Translations under genes and position numbers: made by a program
Notes under the pieces: generated by a model
What the model was told of the DNA's origin: nothing
Database searches by the model: none
The model's input: the letters and a program-made list of their open reading frames with translations, nothing else
From: an uncultured Candidatus Berkelbacteria bacterium
Lineage (GTDB): Bacteria; Patescibacteriota; UBA1384; UBA12157; JAENIV01
Assembly: GCA_963698075.1 (NCBI GenBank)
Contig: OY969116.1
Location: 542,131 to 606,130, forward strand
DNA: 64,000 nucleotides
Reading direction: 5' to 3'
Shown here: positions 38,929 to 48,013 of the stretch, in pieces
Position numbering within the stretch: position 1 is the first letter of the stretch
Layout of the letters: each line of letters starts with the position of its first letter

Positions 38929-39005
38929 TCGTATACTTGCCACCGTCCCGCCCCAATCAGGGGGCTGAACCTCTATTCAGGACCTCCACTGTAAGGATAC
39001 GCAGA

Positions 39006-39035
39006 CGGCGGCGCAGTAGCGCCGCCTTTTTTCGT
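39006..39035 (+). terminator. Rho-independent terminator
   Basis: gacggcggcgc-agta-gcgccgcc followed by tttttt. Confidence 0.7.
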
Positions 39036-39054
39036 ATTCCTTTAATTTATTAGA

Positions 39055-39564
39055 TCATAAAAATAAGGTAACCGCGTAAACCACTATCGCCAACAAAATG
39101 CCGTAGATGAGAACTCTAATAGACAAATGAGTGTAAAATTTTTTGGGGGCATTAGAATATTTAGTCAGGTTATACGCCTCGGTAATATAGGCGTCAAAAG
39201 CACTCTGTTCATCGCTTAAGACGTCGTAAACCTCCTCGCTATATTCTGAAAATCCCTTACTGGCAATATAATCATGATAAAAAATGCTTTCTTTTTGACC
39301 TTTTTTGCTTAAAAATTTCGGTGGTTTTAAGGCCAAAATAGCGCAGAATAAAGAGATAAATAGAGCAACTAAAGCCACTGAAAAGGCAATGTTTTTGGCT
39401 AAATTGTCGTGGTAATTACTGATGACAAAGAGAATTAAGACCGAATCAAAACCAATAATAATATTGGCTCGCGTATCAAGCATGTTGCGGATCTCGTTTT
39501 GTTTGCGCATTAAATCTGCCAGTAATTTCTGTTTGGTTTCTTGTTCGAGTTGTTTGGCTGCCAA
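39055..39564 (-). CDS. Hypothetical membrane protein (2-3 TM helices)
   Basis: 169-aa ORF with TM helices IIIGFDSVLILFVISNY and IAFSVALVALFISLFCAILAL. Confidence 0.4.
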   Translation of the reverse strand: MAAKQLEQETKQKLLADLMRKQNEIRNMLDTRANIIIGFDSVLILFVISNYHDNLAKNIAFSVALVALFISLFCAILALKPPKFLSKKGQKESIFYHDYIASKGFSEYSEEVYDVLSDEQSAFDAYITEAYNLTKYSNAPKKFYTHLSIRVLIYGILLAIVVYAVTLFL

Positions 39565-39590
39565 TAATCCTCCTGTTTGATTATAACAGA

Positions 39591-41678
39591 TTATTTCGCC
39601 GCTTTAATACTTAGCGAAACGCGTCCCCTCTCCTTATCAATCTCCATCACTTTCACCTTGACCACTTGGCCGATTTTGAGATAGTCTTCAATGCGGTTGA
39701 CGCGCTCGGGGGCGATTTGGGAGATATGGACCATGCCGTCCTGGTTGGGCAAAATCTGGACAATCGCGCCGATTTCATTGCCGCGCATTCTATCTTTGAC
39801 AATCGAAGTCACCGGCCCCTCATAGATTTCCCCAATTTGGACTTCTTTGGTCATATTTTCAATCCATTGAATCGCTTTTTGGCCCATCGCCGAATCAGTG
39901 GAGGCCACCATCACGGTGCCGTCGTCTTCCAAATCAATCGAAGTTACTTCTTTGCCGCCACATTCTTCAATAATTTTGCGGATGGTTTTGCCGCCCGGAC
40001 CAATCACATCACCAATTTTATCCACCGGGATTTTGAGTGATTTGATTCGCGGCGCATAAACCGAAAGTTCTCCTCGTGGCGCCGCTAAAACTTTCTCAAT
40101 TTTATCCAAAATTTCATTGTTGGCTTTCCGGGCCTGGGCCAAGGCCTCCTCCAAGATTTCAGTTCTAAGACCTTTTAACTTGGTATCCAATTGAATCGCG
40201 GTGATGCCTTTGCGAGTGGCGGTGACTTTAAAATCCATGTCCCCGGCAAAATCCTCAATTCCTTGAATATCGGTCAGGATCTTGTATTTGTCATCTAAAC
40301 TCATCAGCCCAATGGCAATTCCCGCCACTGGCGCTGAAATCGGCACACCCGCATCCATCAAGGCCAAAGTTGAACCGCAAGTTGATGCCATTGAAGAGGA
40401 GCCATTTGAGGATAGAACTTCCGAAACCACCCGAATGGTATAGGGAAAATCATCCCGCGAGGGCATCACTGGTTTGAGCGCTCTTTCAGCCAAGGCGCCG
40501 TGACCGATTTCGCGCCGAGATGCCGTGCGCATCGGCCGAACTTCACCGGTGGAAAACGGCGGAAAATTATAGTGGTGCATATAGCGTTTGGTGCCTTCTT
40601 CCTCCATAGTTTCAATCACTTGCTCTTCGCCCGGCGCACCAAGCGTCACAATCGATAAGACTTGGGTTTGACCGCGCGTAAACAAGGCAGAGCCATGAGT
40701 GCGCGGCAAAAGCCCAACCTCAATATTGATCGGCCGAATTTCATCGATTTTTCGGCCGTCAGGCCGGACTTCTTTTTCAACAATTGCCTGACGGACCTCT
40801 TTTTCCAAAACTTGACCAAAAGCGCTTTTTAATTCAACTTGTTTGTAATTACCCTCAAAATTTTCCAAAACGTGTTTTTCAAATTCGGAAATCGCCTCGT
40901 CGCGCTTGGACTTATCCATTTCGTGAACCACTTTGTCAAGTTTTTTGCCCAAGTATTTTCTGACATCTTTGATAATTTCCGGCTCAACCTCCTCAACCGT
41001 CTGTTTATCCGCAGATTTGAATTCCCGCTGCAGCGTGATGGCGGGCCGGAGCGCTTCAAAACCGGCTTTGACCGCTTCGATTAAGGTTTTTTCTTCAATT
41101 TCTTGAGCACCCGCCTCAAGCATCATAATTTTATCGCCTGTGCCCGCGACCACCAGATCTAAAGTCGAATTCTCGAGTTCGGTTTGGGTCGGGTTAATAA
41201 CTAACTTGCCGTCAAGCAGACCAACGCGCACCGCTGCCACCGGGCCTTCAAAGGGAGCGTGCGACAAAGACAAGGCCGCGGAAGCGGCAATAATTGAAAT
41301 CACGTCTGGCTCATTTTCCAAATCAAAAGAAAGAACCGTAATCACGATTTGGACATCATTGTAATAACCCTTGGGAAACAAGGGTCGAATTGGCCGATCA
41401 ATTAAACGGCAAGCCAAAACCGCCCCTTCTGACGGTCGGCCTTCGCGTTTGATAAACCGGCTCCCAGAAATTTTTCCGGCCGCGTAGAGCCGCTCTTCGT
41501 AGTCAACTAATAATGGGAAAAAATCAATCTCTTCTTTTGGTTCTTCCGCCACTACAGCAGTGGCCAAAACCACGGTATCGCCGTAGCGAACCGTGACCGA
41601 CCCCGATGCCAGTTCTGCCAGTTTACCAGTGGAAATAATTAAATCTCGTCCCCCAATTTGTGTTTTGTACTCCTTCAT
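39591..41678 (-). CDS. pnp: Polyribonucleotide nucleotidyltransferase (PNPase)
   Basis: It has two RNase PH domains, KH and S1 domains, in 695 aa, and sits downstream of rpsO. Confidence 0.95.
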   Translation of the reverse strand: MKEYKTQIGGRDLIISTGKLAELASGSVTVRYGDTVVLATAVVAEEPKEEIDFFPLLVDYEERLYAAGKISGSRFIKREGRPSEGAVLACRLIDRPIRPLFPKGYYNDVQIVITVLSFDLENEPDVISIIAASAALSLSHAPFEGPVAAVRVGLLDGKLVINPTQTELENSTLDLVVAGTGDKIMMLEAGAQEIEEKTLIEAVKAGFEALRPAITLQREFKSADKQTVEEVEPEIIKDVRKYLGKKLDKVVHEMDKSKRDEAISEFEKHVLENFEGNYKQVELKSAFGQVLEKEVRQAIVEKEVRPDGRKIDEIRPINIEVGLLPRTHGSALFTRGQTQVLSIVTLGAPGEEQVIETMEEEGTKRYMHHYNFPPFSTGEVRPMRTASRREIGHGALAERALKPVMPSRDDFPYTIRVVSEVLSSNGSSSMASTCGSTLALMDAGVPISAPVAGIAIGLMSLDDKYKILTDIQGIEDFAGDMDFKVTATRKGITAIQLDTKLKGLRTEILEEALAQARKANNEILDKIEKVLAAPRGELSVYAPRIKSLKIPVDKIGDVIGPGGKTIRKIIEECGGKEVTSIDLEDDGTVMVASTDSAMGQKAIQWIENMTKEVQIGEIYEGPVTSIVKDRMRGNEIGAIVQILPNQDGMVHISQIAPERVNRIEDYLKIGQVVKVKVMEIDKERGRVSLSIKAAK

Positions 41679-41680
41679 TT

Positions 41681-41741
41681 TGCCTTCTAGAAGGCAGAGA
41701 GCTGTAAAGCAAGTAACGAGATATCCTCCTTAGGATATATC
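41681..41741 (-). promoter_or_regulatory. rpsO-pnp intergenic leader with two hairpins; the proximal one sequesters the pnp RBS
   Basis: tgccttctagaaggca (41681-41696) contains the gaagg RBS; aggatatatcct lies at 41730-41741. Confidence 0.45.
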
Positions 41742-41783
41742 CTTATTCGCCTTACTACTCTTACTGCCTTAATATTATTTTAT

Positions 41784-42035
41784 TTATTTTTTAAGTCCCA
41801 AGTCTTTAATCAATTTCTCGTAAATCTTGGGGTCATTTTTCTTAAGGTAGTTTAACAATCTTCGGCGCTTGCCGACCATGATCAGCAAGCCCCGGCGCGA
41901 ATCAGAGTCTTTGGCATGTTTTTTTAAGTGTTTGGCCAATTCTTTGATTTTTAGCGTCAATAAAACCGCCTGAACCTCCGCCGACCCAGTATCTTTCTTA
42001 TGCGTTTGATACTTTTTAACCAAGTCTATAGTCAT
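41784..42035 (-). CDS. rpsO: 30S ribosomal protein S15
   Basis: 83 aa with conserved LKKHxKDxxSRRGL, in the classical rpsO-pnp arrangement. Confidence 0.9.
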   Translation of the reverse strand: MTIDLVKKYQTHKKDTGSAEVQAVLLTLKIKELAKHLKKHAKDSDSRRGLLIMVGKRRRLLNYLKKNDPKIYEKLIKDLGLKK

Positions 42036-42213
42036 CTTCTTCCTCTTAAAAAGTAGGCATTCTATTTTTTGACCAGATTTACAGTAGTCATATTCCTTTC
42101 AAAAAATAGCATTTTACTTGTATCATGCCCGCAGGGCATGTAGTTTTGCCATAATTCCTTTTTATTCTAACATACCCTGATATTTTTGACAATATCCAAA
42201 CGATAATCCTTGG

Positions 42214-42984
42214 TTATAAAACCTTTGGTTTTTTAGAACAGGCGAGCCACAAAAATTGATACATCACGCGCATCGTATCAGCAATCGCTTTGTTTTCTAA
42301 TATTGTCCCAGCAACGGGTTCTTCGAAAGCAAGAAGGGCAACTTTATTTCCGTAAATGATCATGGCCGATTTTAACTCAATTTTTTCAGGCAGGAATCGA
42401 AACTCTCGGAAGCCTGTATCTTCTAATCTCCATAACCTTTGCGCAAGTGGGTGCGGATCGCTAATAATAAAAGATTTTGTCTTACCAAACTGTCTTCTTT
42501 TTTTAGAAAAACGATCTAAAAGATCTTGGAAATCCAAATATTTTAATGCCGAACCAAATGAGCCAAACCAATATGGATCTTTTTTCTCTTTCAAAATGTC
42601 TTCAAAAATATGCCAGACATTATCTTTGCCTTCATAAAAACTAACGCTTGACCGATGAGGAAATTCATGAATCAGAGCCTTGAGCTGTGGGACGATCTCA
42701 CTGGCAATTAATTCTTTGTTTTTGAGATCTGATTTTTCTCTCGCTAAAATATCAAAAAAATGTTCTGGTTCCTCAGCTTCGACTGTCTTTTTGTTGCCGA
42801 CGATTTTCTGGTGAAGGAGGCCTCTTTCTATCAAATGATCGATCGCGTAATAGGAAGTGCTTCTTTTTACACCCGCTGCTTTAGCTAAAATTCGAACACC
42901 TGAAGGTCCAATCTTCAGGGACGTTCGGTAAATTGCTTCTTCAGTTTTTGTTAATCCAAAAGGAGATAAATTAATTTCTCTCAT
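42214..42984 (-). CDS. TrmB-like wHTH transcriptional regulator (paralog 3)
   Basis: LTKTEEAIYRTSLKIGPSGVRILAKAAGVKRSTSYYAIDHLIERGLL. Confidence 0.6.
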   Translation of the reverse strand: MREINLSPFGLTKTEEAIYRTSLKIGPSGVRILAKAAGVKRSTSYYAIDHLIERGLLHQKIVGNKKTVEAEEPEHFFDILAREKSDLKNKELIASEIVPQLKALIHEFPHRSSVSFYEGKDNVWHIFEDILKEKKDPYWFGSFGSALKYLDFQDLLDRFSKKRRQFGKTKSFIISDPHPLAQRLWRLEDTGFREFRFLPEKIELKSAMIIYGNKVALLAFEEPVAGTILENKAIADTMRVMYQFLWLACSKKPKVL

Positions 42985-43084
42985 TTTGTCCTTTGTCTAC
43001 TATATTCGACAACATCTATATTCTATAATATATGGCTATTTAATGTCAAGTGTCCCTGCATGTAAAGTGATTGTCCAATGACTA

Positions 43085-43113
43085 TTGACAAACAGAATAA
43101 AATCTGTTATAAT
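43085..43113 (+). promoter_or_regulatory. Consensus sigma70 promoter (TTGACA-17-TATAAT)
   Basis: ttgaca aacagaataaaatctgt tataat, about 25 nt upstream of the GTG start, with the RBS aagggagg in between. Confidence 0.6.
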
Positions 43114-43139
43114 AACTTGTTTGAACCTTAACAAGGGAG

Positions 43140-44117
43140 GTGACAAAGGTGTCACAGATAAACCCGATAGACGCGGGAATGGCGTTCATGCTGTCCCAAA
43201 AAGATGAAGATGGCTTTTGGCGTGAATTCGGCCAGCTTCGCCACGGGCCGTCTACTGCCTGGGCCAGCGCCTATATTGGCCGGTTGCTCCTACCTATCCT
43301 CAAGGCCAGAGGGCAGGCTCAAGTTCTGGACTCCACGCTTGGGGCGATTATCTCCAGTCAGAATCAGGACGGCGGTTTTTCCTACAATGAGTATGTCCCT
43401 TCTGACGCCGATTCTACCGCCAATGTCCTTCTTCTGGCTCAAGCGCTCGGAATTACGATCGAGGGCGCCGAACGAGCACTGTTGGGTCATCAACAGCCAG
43501 ACAATGGATTTTCGACTTACACGCCCGGGCACTTCGCGAGCATCCATCCGGACATGATCGCTGTTCTGCAATGCGAAGAGTGTCTGACGGACTACTGTTC
43601 GGGGAATTCCTGCCCCCTCTTCCCTGGAAGAGGCTGGTGTAGCTCCCATGTCTGCGTGACTGCTGTTGCTGCACAGGCATTAACTGACCGCCAGGCGAAA
43701 GCGGGTGTCTTGAAGTTCCTAACCGCCAAACAGCTCAGCTCGGGTCTCTGGCCGGCTTACTGGTGGATAGGACAAAACTACAGCACCCTCCAAGCGATCA
43801 AGGCGCTGGGTAAAGACAGGATGCCAAATCTGGAAACGCTGGTCGCCGGTCTAAAGAGGTCGGGTGTCCAGAACATTTTTTCGGTGGCTCTGGCAATCGA
43901 GGGGTTACTTCTGCTTGGTACCAGGCCTCCTGATCAGTTCGGCGACTGGTTGATAAGGAACCAATGCCCAGACGGCGGTTGGCCTTCTTCGCCGGTACTC
44001 CGCATTCCCAGACCGGATATGGAAAATCCGGAGGAAGCCAACGAGGTTCTGTTCGATCAGCACCGTCTTTTCTCAACAGTTCAGGCTGTCCATTCACTCT
44101 ATCTCTCAGGGAGGTGA
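43140..44117 (+). CDS. Prenyltransferase/squalene-cyclase-type alpha/alpha-toroid repeat protein (GC-rich)
   Basis: It has QxxDGGF/W repeats: QNQDGGFSY, QQPDNGFSTY and QCPDGGWPSS. The start codon is GTG. Confidence 0.5.
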   Translation: MTKVSQINPIDAGMAFMLSQKDEDGFWREFGQLRHGPSTAWASAYIGRLLLPILKARGQAQVLDSTLGAIISSQNQDGGFSYNEYVPSDADSTANVLLLAQALGITIEGAERALLGHQQPDNGFSTYTPGHFASIHPDMIAVLQCEECLTDYCSGNSCPLFPGRGWCSSHVCVTAVAAQALTDRQAKAGVLKFLTAKQLSSGLWPAYWWIGQNYSTLQAIKALGKDRMPNLETLVAGLKRSGVQNIFSVALAIEGLLLLGTRPPDQFGDWLIRNQCPDGGWPSSPVLRIPRPDMENPEEANEVLFDQHRLFSTVQAVHSLYLSGR

Positions 44118-44121
44118 GGAA

Positions 44122-44290
44122 AATGTGGTGGCATTACCTTCTGTATCCAGCAAACCTAATCGTAGCCACTATTCTCGCGGGCTATCTGCTATTCTGGGGC
44201 GGCAGAAACCCAGCGAAAAGATGGCCCGTCGGACTGCTGGCGATAGTCATTCTCGCCACCGCCTTTCTATCAGGATTACTCTACCGGTAG
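44122..44290 (+). CDS. Small two-TM membrane protein (56 aa, MWWHYLLYPANLIVATILAGYLLFW...)
   Basis: An RBS gggaggtgagg lies 6 nt upstream. It is probably co-transcribed with 43140-44117. Confidence 0.45.
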
Positions 44291-44368
44291 CCGTCAGAGC
44301 GAGCAACACAAAAGCCTGCTTAACCACAGCAGGCTTTCTCGTAATAAAAAATAGCTTATAAGTCCGAG

Positions 44369-45535
44369 TTACGCAATTTTACTTCTCTGAAACTCGCGGA
44401 TTTTCCCCAAAATCTCTTCTTCATTCGTCGCTAAACTTGCACCAGAGAGCTGAAACCCGGCGGCCCCCTCATGGCCGCCACCACCAAAAAGCTTGGCGAC
44501 GGCCGAAACATCAGTTCCTGGAACGACCGCCCGCAGCGATCCATCCAATTCCCCTGCCTTCTCCGCCAAAAGCAAAACAAAATCAATGTTAGGGGCACTT
44601 TTTAGGAGTTCGTCGATAACGCCGCTGGTCTCCGATTCTTGAGCTCCGGATGAGAGAAAGTCATCTTGGGAGATTTTGGCCCAAAGAAAACGGCTTTCCG
44701 GATCAAGTCGCACCGATTCCAAAATCCTTCCCCAAAGTTTCAGGGTTGACAAAGGTTTCGTCTTAAAAACATGACGAATAATTTCTTGCTGACGACCGCC
44801 AGCAGCCACCAATTGCGCCGCAACCGTCAAAGATTTCGGGGTGGTATTAGCGTTTTGAAAACTGCCAGTATCAGTTATAATCCCAGTCAAAAGAGCGGTG
44901 GCAATATCTTCATCAATTAATGGTCTTTCTCGCGCCAAAGATTCAATCAAAGAAACCAAAATTTCCGCTGAAGAAGTCGCGGTCAAATCAACCCAGTTGA
45001 TTTTGCCAAAAAAATCATTGCCAGCATGGTGGTCAATATTGATCACCGGCGTTTCGTAAAAAAGCGAGCTTTGGCCATCGTAGAGAGGTCCCAGACGTTC
45101 CAAATCGGGCGAATCGAGGACGATGATCAAATCAAATTTAAATGCGCCGTATGAGAAAGAAACGTCTTCATTGCGAAAAGTCCCTCCCAAGGGGGTGATG
45201 ACAATATTGAGTTTATTTTCTTCGGGCAAATGTTTATAACCCAACCGATCAACTTGAGTCCTGGAGGTATCAATGGTAATAATAAAATCCTTGGTGCCAG
45301 AAAAGCCCTTGGTCAAGTCAGCCGCGTGCGGCAAAAAACTAAAAGCTCCCGGAATAACTTCCGGCGCCACGGCCGTGACATCTTTACCTAATTTTTTGAG
45401 GACCAAATATAAGGCGATGAGCGATCCCAAAGCGTCGCCATCGGGATTAACGTGGGTTAAAACTAAAATTTTCTGGGCGGCGCTGATGGTTTGAGTTGTT
45501 TGTTGTTTGGGAGTAAGTTCCATATATTCTTCCAC
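44369..45535 (-). CDS. DHH/DHHA1 phosphoesterase (NrnA-like nanoRNase/pAp phosphatase)
   Basis: DHH motifs HVNPDGDALGS and DHH, with the DHHA1 motif GGGHEGAAG. Confidence 0.7.
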   Translation of the reverse strand: MEEYMELTPKQQTTQTISAAQKILVLTHVNPDGDALGSLIALYLVLKKLGKDVTAVAPEVIPGAFSFLPHAADLTKGFSGTKDFIITIDTSRTQVDRLGYKHLPEENKLNIVITPLGGTFRNEDVSFSYGAFKFDLIIVLDSPDLERLGPLYDGQSSLFYETPVINIDHHAGNDFFGKINWVDLTATSSAEILVSLIESLARERPLIDEDIATALLTGIITDTGSFQNANTTPKSLTVAAQLVAAGGRQQEIIRHVFKTKPLSTLKLWGRILESVRLDPESRFLWAKISQDDFLSSGAQESETSGVIDELLKSAPNIDFVLLLAEKAGELDGSLRAVVPGTDVSAVAKLFGGGGHEGAAGFQLSGASLATNEEEILGKIREFQRSKIA

Positions 45536-45672
45536 TAATTTTATTCGCTAATCTACGCTAATTTCTTGATTCGCGTTAATTCGCTTAAAAAAATTCGCGG
45601 ATAGCTCACTATCATAACAAATTGGCGAAACTAATGTCAATACTCTATATTACGATGTGCTACGATTAAAAC

Positions 45673-46116
45673 ATGCGTATCGAAATTGATCAGAGCGGAA
45701 GAATTGAATATACCAGTAAGCCAACGGTTATTGCCTTTGCCAACAGCAAAACATGTTCAATTATTTTCTTATCTCGTGATAAAAAATATTTACAAAAAAT
45801 CTTCAGAAAAGCTGGTGTACCGAATTTGTTCATAAATAAAACTTTCGCCATCTTGATATTTCTTCTCATCAAAGATTTTCTCAAATCGATTGATCAAATT
45901 ATTATTGATCACGAATATCTTGGTCATGATAAAGTTATTAAGCAATTTTTGCTTGAGTTCTTGCGCCGTCATAAGAAAAATTTTGATTCCCACGATATTT
46001 CTTTCCGCTATATTGGCAAAAAATCATCTGCCCATCGCATTGCTATCGAGGCTTACAGAACCAAGAGAGCAGATAGAAAAATAACCATCAAAGATATTCT
46101 CAAAATTGCATTTTAA
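45673..46116 (+). CDS. Hypothetical protein preceded by iteron-like repeats
   Basis: An AT-rich 147-aa ORF. Upstream, 45545-45600 carries about five copies of the attcgc(t/g)taa(t) motif. Confidence 0.4.
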   Translation: MRIEIDQSGRIEYTSKPTVIAFANSKTCSIIFLSRDKKYLQKIFRKAGVPNLFINKTFAILIFLLIKDFLKSIDQIIIDHEYLGHDKVIKQFLLEFLRRHKKNFDSHDISFRYIGKKSSAHRIAIEAYRTKRADRKITIKDILKIAF

Positions 46117-46317
46117 TAATGCAGCTACATTAGCATCATAAAAAATCGGGGAACGCTTAAGTGCAATTCTCTGTCTTGCAGTTCGGCGTCCTACCCGATC
46201 TTGATTAGATTGTACTATGACGTGAGACCGTTTGTCAAGGGTCGGTATTCTAAAAGGATAACAAAAAAAGAGGCCGGTTTCCCGACCCCTGTGCGTCTAC
46301 TGCCAAGGCTTTAGCTA

Positions 46318-46767
46318 TCACCAGGGATCTTGGCCCCATCTCTGCCAATTGGGAGGTAATTCTTGGTTAGCTAGCTTTGCCATCATCTCTTCTATTTCGG
46401 CGGGCAACTTGTAGTACTTAGCGATTTCTTCCAGTGTCTCCCTACAAGCGAAAGCGATGTCACGGCTTGAACCCCGCACGCCGCTGACGGGATGGCGAAT
46501 ACAATAGACATGATGACTCATCATTTTGTCGGCCATCTTCTCGACAAAGACCTGCAAACCCTCAGGCAGTTCAACGGGTTCGATGCTGCCGAGTTGGATA
46601 TCAACACTACCGCAGGCAGGACAGCGGAGAACTCTGACCTGGGCGACTTCAACTTCTGCCGACCGAGCCAGAATCTCACCGGCCTCACGACGAGGAAATT
46701 CATGCTTACAGTTATTACAGAGCATTTGCGTGCCTCTCCTCTCTGTCCGACCATAGTATATTAGCAC
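46318..46767 (-). CDS. Zinc-ribbon protein (CxxC...CxxC), GC-rich; likely start at MLCNNCKHEF (46725)
   Basis: CNNCKHEF...CPACGS. Confidence 0.4.
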   Translation of the reverse strand: MLIYYGRTERRGTQMLCNNCKHEFPRREAGEILARSAEVEVAQVRVLRCPACGSVDIQLGSIEPVELPEGLQVFVEKMADKMMSHHVYCIRHPVSGVRGSSRDIAFACRETLEEIAKYYKLPAEIEEMMAKLANQELPPNWQRWGQDPW

Positions 46768-46801
46768 ATAGGAGAGAAGTTGTCAATAATAGAACAATAA
46801 T

Positions 46802-46905
46802 CCTTTACAAATTTCCCCTTATTCCCGACCTCGCAGGTCTACTCTTTCAATTTGGCATAGTTTTGTGCCTAACCGATTTGCCCTCACTTACGAAGTGAGT
46901 GCTAA
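46802..46905. repeat. Cluster of three short intergenic motifs shared with 35529-35553, 47471-47492 and 54088-54115
   Basis: ctttacaaatttccccttat; gacctcgcaggtctactctttca; and ctcac-ttacgaa-gtgag. Confidence 0.55.
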
Positions 46906-47079
46906 CTGGGTCAAAGTTAATATATAATCAAATTGGATCGGTCGATGAATTTTTATTATATTTTTCCTCTATAGCTGGCAAGAGTTTGTAAGTTTTTTGT
47001 GAGAAGAATTTGGATACGAAAAAGGGGCCGGTAAGCCGGCACCCTTGTTTAGTATGCTGTATTGTGGGTTACGGATTCT

Positions 47080-47442
47080 TCACCGCTTTTCAAACGTGAC
47101 TAAAAGGGCCAAAGCGACGTTTATCGCTGTAAAAAATCCAGCGGTTAAAAACAATAAAGACTGGATGATCTGGTGGTGACTTAGTCCCAAAACAACCAGA
47201 TATATCAGAACGTTGACCGTTGCTAGAATAAAGATGGTTCGATCGGCAAAAAGCCTAAGTACCGAGAGTGGCCCGGCTGCTCTTTGTCGCTTTCTGACCA
47301 CAATGCAGGCCAACACCGCATTCAGCACCATCGAAATTACAATACTGGTCACCAAAGCACGATGAATCAAATCGTTCAGTGACTGGATGTCGGGCATCTC
47401 TTTGCCTCCTGTTGCGCCTTGGTCAACTTGATAACATAACAC
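47080..47442 (-). CDS. Hypothetical membrane protein (likely start MPDIQ at 47397)
   Basis: Three TM helices. The RBS ggaggcaaagag precedes the internal ATG. Confidence 0.4.
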   Translation of the reverse strand: MLCYQVDQGATGGKEMPDIQSLNDLIHRALVTSIVISMVLNAVLACIVVRKRQRAAGPLSVLRLFADRTIFILATVNVLIYLVVLGLSHHQIIQSLLFLTAGFFTAINVALALLVTFEKR

Positions 47443-47596
47443 TTTTCAATGGCTTTGTCAATGCATTAAATCTTTACAAATTTCCCCTTATCTGATATAT
47501 TCAACGTAGTTGAATAAAATTTTCAATTATTAATTTTTAATTTTAATTTAATTTGAAATTAGTAACTTGAAATTTAAATTATTCCTGAAAGGAATT

Positions 47597-47929
47597 ATGC
47601 CTCTTACCAAATCAGCCAAAAAGGCCTGGCGATCATCGGAAAGAAAGCGCCAAAGAAATCAAAAACAGAAAGTTGAATTAGAAAAAGCGCTGAAAAACCT
47701 GTCTCGCCGAGCCAAGGCGGAAGTGAGCGCAAGCATCAACGAGGTTATTTCTAAAATTGACAAAGCCGCTAAAACTCATCTTATTTCCAAAAACAAAGCC
47801 GCCCGGCTGAAGTCGAGGTTGATGAAGAAGTTCGGCACGCCAAAGAATGTTAAAACTAAAAGCGCAAATGTTAAAGCAACAACTAAAAGCAAAAAGGAAA
47901 TTCCAAAGAAATCTCCAAAGAAAAAATAG
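47597..47929 (+). CDS. rpsT: 30S ribosomal protein S20 with a Lys-rich C-terminal extension
   Basis: MPLTKSAKKAWRSSERKRQRNQ is an S20 N-terminus. The ORF-track start at 47567 is an upstream extension. Confidence 0.75.
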   Translation: MPLTKSAKKAWRSSERKRQRNQKQKVELEKALKNLSRRAKAEVSASINEVISKIDKAAKTHLISKNKAARLKSRLMKKFGTPKNVKTKSANVKATTKSKKEIPKKSPKKK

Positions 47930-48013
47930 TAAATTTCTTCGAAATAAATCTTTTTTCCTTTAAGCTGCAGTTTTTAGCTTTTAATTTTAAGTTTTAAGTT
48001 TTCAAGGAGGGTA

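Noticed and set aside
39055-39564. Membrane protein as a possible SLATT-like two-TM effector of a defence system
   Set aside because: The resemblance is impressionistic. No cyclase, SMODS, TIR or other sensor partner is adjacent, and the neighbours are pnp and an unrelated convergent gene.
47520-47600. AT-rich ttaattttaa runs resembling a repeat element, also seen at 5160-5200, 14470-14520 and 47950-48010
   Set aside because: They look like low-complexity, AT-rich promoter/UP-element-like spacers. At 5160-5200 the run lies within the Lys-rich pilin leader coding sequence. No conserved boundaries define an element.
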